In this document: positions 50,743 through 60,000 of the stretch, piece by piece
How positions within the stretch are numbered: the first letter of the stretch is position 1
How the letters are laid out: every line of letters starts with the position of its first letter
NCBI RefSeq assembly: GCF_963921235.1
Contig: NC_086108.1
Coordinates: 44,518,001-44,578,000, forward strand
Direction of reading: 5' to 3'
Source of the DNA: Mobula hypostoma
Taxonomy: Eukaryota
DNA: 60,000 nt
Translations under genes and position numbers: made by a program
Notes under the pieces: generated by a model
Database searches by the model: none
Told to the model about the DNA's origin: nothing
Seen by the model: the letters and a program-made list of their open reading frames with translations, nothing else

Positions 50743-51314
50743 CGTACATGTTCTTACTGTGAATCTAACTAGACAAGCAGCATGGCTACTTTGGACCAAG
50801 GAAACATTGACACAGAGAACTTGAAATCTTAACTTATAAGTAGCTTAAGTGTGCTTCCTTGCCATAAATCTCTTCCCATTTGAAGATATGAACTACATTT
50901 CAATACATTCACAAAGACATTACAGTGCTAAGGACACAGATTTTCTTCTATTCACAGATACTTGTTCGGGAATCTTGAATGATGGCCAGCTAGTCAGCAG
51001 AATACTGTGCCATTATGGTAATAGAATTCCCATTTATCTGATGTAGTCACTATGGCCTGAATCACAACAGTTGATGCACCAAATTTCAATAGGAAATATC
51101 GACAAAAATCTCTGGTATTGTAGTATTTGCATTAATATAAAGTAACTATACATTTTACAACAGGAAGTATGACTTATTGACAATGTGCACAACCCATAAA
51201 AGATTTGTAATTACACATCTCTGTAGTTACATTAAATGTTTTATGCTTAGATTGTAGTCTTTCAGACAGTTTACTTTGGCACTGGTTATTTCTATTACTA
51301 TATTACATTCAAAA

Positions 51315-53200
51315 TCTGGCATGCTAGACCACTGCTTTACCATCAAGAACGCTTACTGTGCCAACCTACACCCACACTTTGGAAAGTCCAATCACCTGGC
51401 TGTACTTCTACTCCCAGTGTGTAAGCAGAGACTAAAGACAGCAGCACTGGTGATAAGGACCAAGAAGATATGGTCAAGGGAGTTGGAGGAGCACTTAAAG
51501 GACTGCTTTGAGTCAGTAGACTACGCAATATTCAGGGATTCATCTTTGGATCTGAATGAATACACCATAATTGTCACTGACTTCATCAAAACCTGTGTGG
51601 ATGAGTGTGTGCCTTTGAGAACATACTGGACACACCCAAACCCAAAGCCATGGATGAACCAGGAAATTCATAGTCTGCTGAGGGTCTGTGGCATTCAAGA
51701 TCAGTGATCTAGAAGTCCAGGTATGATCTACAGAAGGCTATTTTAGAGCTAAAAAACAATTCCGAGTGAAGAGAGATACGGAATTGGATGCATGGGTTTG
51801 CCAGTAACTACTTCCTACATGGCAAAACAACAACTGTGCAAATCCATGCAACATCAGGTGACCTAGTTACCTCCGTTTCAGAGGCCAACGTCAGAACACC
51901 TTTCATGAAGATGAACCCTCTCAAGGCTTCAGGTCTTGGTTACCAGGTAGGGCACTGAAAACCTGTGCCAACCAACTGGCAGGAATGTTCAAAGACATCT
52001 TCAGTCTCTCACTGCTCAGTCAGAGGTTCGTATCTGATTCAAAAGGGCGACAATCATACCAGTGCCCAAGAAGAGAAGGACGAGCTGCCTCAATGACCTT
52101 CACCCAGTTGCATTCATACCTACTATGATGAAGTGCGTTGAGAGGTTGGCCATAGCCAGAATCAACTCCTGTCTAAGCAAGAATCTGGACCTGCTGCAAC
52201 TTGCCTATCACCATAATAGGTCTACAGTGGATGCAATCCCACTGGCTCTCTATCTGAATTACCCAGACAACAGTAATGCTTGTCAGGCTGCTGTTTAATG
52301 ATTACAGTCCAGTGTTCAACACTATTACATCCTCAGTATTAGTCAACAAGCTCCAAAACCTAGGCTTCTGTACCTCCTTCTGCAAATGGATCCTTGACTT
52401 CCTCATTGGGAAACGAGGTGAATGCAGATTGGAAATAGCATCTCCTCCTCACTGACAATCAACACTGATGCACCCCAAGGATGAATGCTTAGCCCACTGT
52501 TCTACTCTCTGCACCCATGGCTATGTGACTAGGCATAGCTCAAATGTTATTTATAAATTTGCTGATGAAACAACTATTGTTGGCAAAATTTCTGATGGTG
52601 ACAAGGTGGCATACAGGAGTGAGATAGATCAGCTGGTTGAGTGGTGTCACAACAACAATCTTGCACTCGACACGAGTAAGACCAAGAATTTGATTATGGA
52701 TTTCAGGAAGGGGAAGTCGAAGAACAAACACCAGTCCTCACTGAGGGATCAGCAGAGGAAAGAGAGAGCAATTTCAAGTTCCTGGGTGTCAACATCTCTG
52801 AAGACTTATCCTGGGCAGAACATACTGATGCAATTACAGAGAAGGAACACCAGTGGCTATATTTCACTAGGAGTTTGAGGAGACTTGGTATGTCACCAAA
52901 GATTCACAAGTTTCTATAGATGTACTATGGAGAATATTCTAACCGGTTGCATCACTGGTATGGAAAAGCCACTGCAAAGGATCAGAAAAAGCTGCAGAAA
53001 ATTGCAAACTCAGCCAGCTTCATCATAGGCACTAGCCTCCACAGTATCGAGAACATCTTCAAAAGGCAATAACTCACATAGATAGCTTCCGTCGTTAAGG
53101 ATGCCCATCAGGAATCAGAATCAGTTTAATACCACTGGCAAATGTCATGAATATATTTCTCAACATATGCCAGTGATAATAAACCCAATTCTGATTCCTG
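51315..53200 (+). mobile_element. Rex1/Babar-type LINE, degenerate (APE C-terminus, RT, 3' end)
   Basis: LDHC...FGKSNHLAVLLLP, CLNDLHPVAFIPTMMKCVERL, IYKFADETTIVG, NNNLALDTSKTK; ATTCTG tail. Confidence 0.85.
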
Positions 53201-53804
53201 ATAGTCTCTGCGCCCACACACTAACCCCCGCCTTTCCGCCCCACCTACAACGTTTGTGAGCTTACCCTAATGCAACTTAAATGTAATGGCCACTTCAACT
53301 TAGACAGAGTGGTCTAAGCAAAAGTAACAGGAAATATCAGTAGGGAAGTATTCCACTGTCCATAGTAACCTCAACAAACATGCCACCTAATTTGAAATTG
53401 GAGGGTATAGATAGAGCAGATGGAGAGAAAGTGTTCTCATTGGCAGAAGGCTTAAAAACTAGGGGACAGAGAATGAAGATGATTGGGGAAAATAACTAAA
53501 AATATTTCAGCTTTTTTTAAAATAGTGAATAGTTAATTTTGAGAACTAAGGACTGGATTTAATTGCAACCTTCAAGGAGGAACTGGGCAAGTATCTGAAA
53601 GAAAAATAAAATCAAAAGCTATGCCTCTTAATTTTGTATCCTCCCTCTCAGTTTCCTCAGCTCCAAGGAAAACAAACCTAGTTCATTACATCTCCACTCT
53701 TAACTGAAATGATCCATCCCAGCAGTATCCTGGTGGATCAACTCTGTATCACATGCACAATTCATATTCTTTCCATCGTGTGGCAAAGAGAACTGTATAC
53801 AGTA

Positions 53805-55389
53805 CAGGTTACCCCTGCCATCCGAAGGTAGAGTGTTCCTATGAAATGGTTCGTAAGCCGAAATGTCGTAAAGCGAAGAAGCAATTACCATTAATTTATA
53901 TGGGAAAATTTTGTGCGCGTTCGCAGACCCAAAAATAAACTACTAAATCATGCCAAATAACACATAAAACCTAAAATAACAGTAACATATAGTAAAAGCA
54001 GGAATGATATGATAAATACACAGTCTATATAAAGTAGAAATACTTTTCCACAATCATTACTGCACTGTTCGCTGAAGCGAAAATCTCACACAATTGCTCT
54101 CAGCAGAAAATCTCACGCAAGCGCTGTTGGCAAAAACACGGCGCAAGCGGTCTCCAGTAACCTTTAAGCTATGAAGCTGCCAAATCATACCAAATAACAC
54201 GTAAAAATACACAGCCTATATTAAGTAGAAATAACGTATGTACAGTGTAGTATCATTTACCGGAATCGGGAAGACAGCTTGCCGAGAACACTGATGATGG
54301 TGTGTTATGCCGAATCGTCGCAGGTTGGGGTGGTGCAGTGGCCCCCACCCTCCAGGCCACCGACCGATACATTGCCACGAAGCACGCAGGGGTCCAGCGG
54401 TAGCCGGGAGGCACACAGCTCATCTTGAAAAAAGCCGAAGTAAACATGCTAATTAATTAGGTGCCGCCGACACATAATTGTCAGCCCAGATCAGAGGCAA
54501 TTGCCGATTGCGTCGTCTCTGATCTGGGCCGACAATTACGTGTTGGCAGCACCTAATTAATTAGCATGTTTATTTCGTCTTTTTTCTTAAAGATGTGCTG
54601 TGTACCTCCCAGCTACCGTTGCATTCTCCGTGAATCGGTACAGTATCTGTCCATGGCCTGGGTGTTGAGGTGGTGGGACAATGGGGTGTCATCTCGTCAT
54701 CTGTTTCCATTAGAGCAGGCAACTCATCTTCTCCTATGACTGCTCGCCCCGATGTCAAAAGTCGAGGTTCGTCGTCTGCTGTGGCTGATGTGGAAGGCTT
54801 GCTTGACTGCTGAGCCTCACGCATTTTTCTATCACACAGTTCTTTGTAAGCACTCAAACCATCCTGCAAATATCCCCTAAACCAACGTACCCTTTCAAAA
54901 TTAAAGTCGTACTTTATCATTACTCATTCGGTTTCGATTGTTTTCCTTTTTTTTTCCAATTGCGTCAGCTCTTCATCTGTCAGTTTTTGGTCGTGGGATG
55001 CCAAAACCTCTTCAACATCGTGTTCGTCAGCTTCCACAAGCCAAACTCACTTTGTCCTTACTTCGTTCACCTCGATCGAAACACGTAATTATGTCTAGTT
55101 TTACGCTAAGTATAACACCCTGACGAGCTCTTTTAGGCTTTTCCGATACCTTAGGACTCATCTTGCTAACGGCTGCTCACAGGCACGTGTTTAAGCAATG
55201 CCGGTGAGAATGCAGTTCCGAATCCGGGGGAGAGCAGCTGCTTGGGGCGCGCCCTGCCTTTTATCGTGCACTGATTCTTTTTTCGTAACAGTGAAAACAC
55301 CTTCTGAAAGCGAAAACAGGGTACTAATGTAGGTCTTTCGTAACAGTGAGGTTTCATAAAGCGAACGTTTGAAAAGCGGGGGACACCTG
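53805..55389 (-). mobile_element. Tigger/pogo-like non-autonomous DNA transposon
   Basis: TA|CAGGT...ACCTG|TA termini with imperfect TIRs. Transposase C-terminal remnants (DVEEVLASHDQKLTDEEL, AYKELCDRKMREAQQS). Long internal palindrome. Confidence 0.82.
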
Positions 55390-55781
55390 TACTAAATAAA
55401 AATCTATTTTGTCACGCCATAAGCACACTGGTGTTGCACTGTATGCTAGACTAACAAAGGCATTTATCTTGTATGCCTTATTAACTATCTTATCTATCCG
55501 GAGCAAAAAAAAATTAAACTGCTGGAGGAACTCAGTGGGTCAGGAACATCTGTAGAGGGAAATAGACACTTGACATTTCAGGTTGCAATCCTTCATCCAG
55601 GCTTCATCTCCTTGTACTCCTACCTTCATGAACGTATGGACTTGTACATCAGTGTCTCTATCCCTCACTGCCCCTATGATCCCACCATTTGTATGGATGT
55701 CCTAGCCTCACCAGTTCTCCCAAAATATAATACCTCATTTCTCAGGATGAAATTCCACCTCTCTTTGCCCTGCTCATATTA

Positions 55782-56475
55782 GAATCAGAATCAGGTTTAT
55801 TATCACAAGCGTGTGTTGTGCAGCAACAGCAGTTCAATGCAATGCATAATATTGGAAAAGGAGAAAAAATAATAATAATAAGTAAATCAATTACAGTATA
55901 CATATATTGAATAGATTAAAAATCTAAAAACAGAAATAATATCCATTAAAAAAGTGAGGTAGTGTTCATAGGTTGAATGTCCATTTAGGAATTGGATGGC
56001 AGAGGGGAAGAAGCTGTTCCTGAATCGCTGATTGTGTGCCTTCAGGCTTCTGTAAATCCTATCTGATGGTAGCAGTGAGAAAAGGCCATGCCCTGGGTGC
56101 TGGAGGTCCTTAATAATGGACGCTGCCTTTCTGAGACACTGCTTCTTGAAGATGTCCTAAGTACTTTGTAGGCTAGTAAACAAGATGGAGCCGACTAAAT
56201 TTACAACCCTCTACACCTTCTTTCGGTCCTGTGCAGTAGCCACCACCCCCCCCAATAACAAACAGTGATGCAGCCTGTCAGAATGCTCTCCACAGTATAT
56301 CTATAGAAGCTTTTGAGTGTATTTGTTGACAACCAAATCTCTTCAAACTCCTAATGAAGTATAGTCACTGTCTTGCCTTCTTTATAACTGCATCATTATG
56401 TTGGAACCAGGTTAGGTGCTCAGAAATCTTGACAACCAGGAACTTGAAACTCCCACTCTCTCCACTTCTGATCTG
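55782..56475 (-). mobile_element. Rex1/Babar-like 3' fragment
   Basis: AGAATCAGAATCAGGTTTATTATCAC tail; reverse complement resembles 52750-53100. Confidence 0.75.
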
Positions 56476-57415
56476 ATGAGGAAATTACCAATTCATCATA
56501 ATTGTCCTGCAGCACATAACATTGCCAAAGTTGCGAGTCAAAGGATTGGGAAACTCTCAGAATTCAGCACAGGATCACCAAGAAATTTTTAAAAAGTAAT
56601 ATGAAAGTAACCTCGCAAGAGATATAACCAAAAAAAACAAACTGTAGAAGTATATATGAGTATGTAAAAAATGAAAAGATTTGCAAAAACAAATATGGGT
56701 CCCCTATAGCCGGAGACTAGAGAAATTATACTGAGAATAAGTAAATGACAAAGAATTTAATAAAACTTTGTATCCATCGTAGAGTCAAACACAAAAACAG
56801 ACCTATTGTCCTAACTGGTCCATGCCAATCCAAGTTGGTCCCATTTGACAGCATTAGAAGCCCATATCTTTCTAAACCTTTCCTATCCACATACCTATTC
56901 AACCATCTTTTAAAAGTTGTCACTATGTCTTCAGAGAAGACATGGGTAACCTCCTGGAAATAGAGGGCATAAGATGAATGATGAGCTAAAAGAAACCTGT
57001 AATAATAAACAAACAGTATGGGAAAAAATTAATAGGACAGAAAACTGCTAATGTCTTCTGAGATATATAGACACACGTAATCAAACACAGGGTGAACTGC
57101 ATCACAAAGTTTGGAAGGAATAACCATTAACATAGTGGATGCAGTGGTTGCCATATTCTAAGATTCTATAGATTGTAGTACCATTCCCATGAATATAAGA
57201 GAAAAATATATAATGCCATTTACTAAGAAAGGAGGAAAGATCAAAAAGATAAACTAGTAACTAGTTTGCCTGACATCAGTAGTGGGGAAAATGCCAGTAT
57301 CTACTCTTATGCTTATAACAATAGGATACTCGGAAAGGGAATCATACTTTTTGAAATTGTAACTCATAGAATGGACAAGCTGCAATGCAAGAGATTTGAG
57401 CACAGTGGTGGGGCA

Positions 57416-58119
57416 TGTGATGGGATCCTGAATTATCCCTTATGGACTGTGCCTTTAAAAAGAGAGAGAGCGTGCAGCTGTACAGGGGAGAGGGGGGCGA
57501 AGAGAGAGGAGGAGCTACGTGATGGACAGCTGGTGTTCAGCATGCTGAGATAAATACAAGGTCAGCTGATTGTTAGACACACATGGTTTTGGACACTGGA
57601 TGAGCTTTGCTGTGCCCACAGAAAGATGGGTTTTTGGAGGATCAATCAGTGGCTCTCACAGTGTGAAAAAGGGGTGACCGGTGGGAAGTTATTAGTGTGT
57701 CCAACCCTCGCCTGGGTTGATAACTCACGCACAGAAGACGGTCTCCTTGTTGTGGTCTCATTCGGTGACTTCTAAAGGATTTCGGAGGACAACGGAGAAT
57801 CGACGGCATCTGCTTACCTGAAGAAATAAACACCTCTCTCTCTCCATCACTACTCAACTAAATACCAACAACTGAACTGATTCCCTTTACCCATCATCGT
57901 AAGACTGTATCCATTTACCTCCTAAGCTTGAAGAAGCTTGGTTTTTATATATTTCCACACTTATATATGCATGAACTTTGCTAAGCTGTTTGACATATCT
58001 GAATTTATATTACTGTATTGCGTAGTTACTAATAAATGAGCTTTAGTAAATAGCAATACCAGACTCCCAGCTGTTTTCCATTTCTGCTGGTTCTTTAACC
58101 TGTTACGGGGTACGTAACA
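57416..58119 (+). mobile_element. Solo LTR, 704 bp (Gypsy-like by its 4-bp TSD)
   Basis: TG...CA termini (TGTGATG / CGTAACA); GGCA at 57412-57415 and 58120-58123; AATAAA at 58031. Confidence 0.85.
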
Positions 58120-58274
58120 GGCAAAAATATGTCGTCAATGGAAAGTTGCTTAATAGACAGTAGGAATGAGCTGTTTGTCATCTTTGAGTTGGGTGGGTGT
58201 GATTAATGGATGCAACTGCAATCGTGCTTATGCCCCATTTGTTCATAAACTATATTGATTTAGACGGGGCAAAA

Positions 58275-58935
58275 CACTTACACTGCTGGTGCTTAGGACA
58301 GCCATGAAGGTCCTACATCTGTCTGTCCTTGGCCTCAGGTATGGTTCTGGTCCTCATTTCTGCCTCTGCAGTAGAGTGCCAAGTTGTCTTTGGTCTTCTG
58401 CGTTTCCCCCGGCCTTCAGGGGTCCAATTAAATGCTGCCTTGATGGAGTTAGTTGGCTTCTCTTCTCATCATATGCCCAATCCATCTTGAATATTTCCTC
58501 ATGATCATTGTGGCCATGTCTTCTTGATGACACTACAGGAATAGGGTGTGGTTGGAGATTTTTCTTGGTCGGAAAATACTGAGGATCTTCCAGAGGCTCA
58601 TGGTGTGGAATGACGAGAGCTTGGAAAGGTCGCTCTCTGTCATTCACCAGCATTCTGACCCGTACAAGAGTGTGGACAGAACACAGCTCTGGCACAGCTT
58701 CACCTTGGTGTGTACACTGTACGTGGTTGTTCTCCATATGTTGCTCATTGATCTGAAGACGTTTCTAGCTTCACTGAGTCTGCACCATCTTGCTGCTTGG
58801 TGCGGCCCAGGTCGGTGAATCAGCCAGTGCTGAGTAGGTCAATGACATATGCCTTGATGAGAGGAAGAGACTCTACACTGAGGGTTATGGTCTCATGACC
58901 AACCTGTCGATCAAAGGTGCACAGGCTTGGGGCAA
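58275..58935 (-). mobile_element. RTE-clade LINE C-terminal fragment
   Basis: An alternative frame of ORF 58354-58737 reads TKVKLCQSCVLSTLLYGSECW...RWIGHMMR, followed by WTPEGRGKRRRPKTTW. Confidence 0.8.
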
Positions 58936-59331
58936 AAACGGTAATATTATTTAAAATGGCTGATCATACAAAACTGACAAGACAGTGCAGCTTATGAGAA
59001 GAATGTTAAGGCTTTGGGAGATATAGACATGTTAACAGAATTGATGACAGCTAAAACAAGTAGAAAAATGTGAAGTCATCCACTTAAGAACAATGACGGA
59101 GAAGTAGGGTATTCTTAAATGGCAAGAGGCTGAAAGATGTTGAGGTTCAGACACAGCTGTGTATCCATCTACACAGAAACATTTAAAGATAATGTGCAGG
59201 TACAGTAGACAAGTGGATGATAAGGCTTGACTTTTATTGCTCAAGAACTTATGCATAGGAGGAAAAGTATTATACATGGCACTGGTGCGATCACTCCTGC
59301 AATATTGTGTATAAGCCAGGTCTCCCTATCT

Positions 59332-59458
59332 AACACAAGAGAGTCTAAAGATCCTGGAAATCTTGAGCAATGGACACAAAACGCTGGAGGAACTCAACAG
59401 GGCAGGCTGCAACTATGAAGGGGAATAAATAGTCCACATTTCAGTCCAAGCCCCTGTA
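59332..59458 (-). mobile_element. Short Penelope-terminus insertion (others at about 55505-55600 and 59925-60000)
   Basis: ACAAAACGCTGGAGGAACTCA motif; TCCCTATCT repeated at 59323-59331 and 59459-59467. Confidence 0.65.
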
Positions 59459-60000
59459 TCCCTATCTGAAGGTGATCATAATTTCAATAAATGAAGTCTA
59501 ACATAGATTCAATTGATTGATTACTGGGAGGCATTGAAGAGAGTAGGTTTGTAGTCTCCCGAGTTCAGAATGAGAGATGAGGTACAGAGCTGAAGTGTGG
59601 ATACTGAGTCAAATCAGCTTTTAGTATCACCAGCATGTCTCATGTTATCAACTTAGCAGCAGTACAATGCAATACATGGTAATGTAGAAAGGAAAAAAAA
59701 GAGAGTTGGTGTTTTCCTTGGTTAGGTGTTTAGAATGTGGGCACAGTCCCAGGATAAGTGAGTTAGTCATTCAGAAGTGAGATGAGAAGTAATTTCTGCA
59801 CCAAGAGGGAAGGGATCTTTAGAATTCTCCATGCAAGAGGACTGTGGGAGCTCATTTGCCGAGTATATTCATGCAGGCATTGATAGATTTTTTTTAATTT
59901 GAAGGGATTAGAGGGATATGGGACATGAGATTCTGAGGATGCTGGCAATCTTGAGCAACCACACACAAAATACTGGAGGAAATCAGCAAGTCTAACAAAA

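Larger units (their letters stand above)
56560..59925 (+). mobile_element. Old CR1 relic split by a solo LTR, RTE, Penelope termini and short tails
   Basis: Scattered collinear CR1 ORF2 pieces (AAAACAAATATGGGTCCCCTA, CCTGACATCAGTAGTGGGGAAA, AAATGTGAAGTCATCCAC); boundaries approximate. Confidence 0.55.

Noticed and set aside
58354..58737. 127-aa ORF as a novel protein
   Set aside because: It is an off-frame reading of an RTE LINE C-terminus.
49608..60000. MRPL37 first exon and promoter
   Set aside because: No N-terminal mL37 peptide or CpG-island promoter recognised; CpG-rich parts belong to the Tigger-like element. Probably beyond the window.
1..60000. CRISPR arrays, rRNA, tRNA or prokaryote-type operons
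   Set aside because: None seen. The window is spliced eukaryotic DNA, and the only tRNA-like sequence is a SINE head.

Overview
Eukaryotic, TE-rich vertebrate DNA, probably a cartilaginous fish (inferred from the CR1, Penelope, Rex1 and V-SINE repertoire). Two genes converge tail to tail. The + strand carries the last eight coding exons of SSBP3 (3580-29568) and its 3' UTR. The - strand carries six coding exons of MRPL37 (49607 down to 37985); its first exon was not found in the window. All exons have canonical GT-AG sites and join in frame. The introns hold nested elements: a non-autonomous Helitron with 23-aa STPR-like repeats, several CR1 LINEs (one apparently full length, one with an intact RT), a Penelope element and short Penelope termini carrying minimal hammerhead motifs, Tc1, a Tigger/pogo-like element with a long internal palindrome, Rex1/Babar, RTE, SINEs and a solo LTR. 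Best leads: (1) an inverted pair of similar CR1 copies flanking five SSBP3 exons that would back-splice into a 270-nt stop-free circle; (2) an intact minimal hammerhead at 360-397; (3) a templated inverted insertion in Tc1; (4) a MRPL37 exon lying between duplicated CR1 pieces; (5) a palindromic bidirectional polyA signal at the end of a TE-poor zone between the genes. None of these is demonstrated to be a new system, and the functional readings are inferences.
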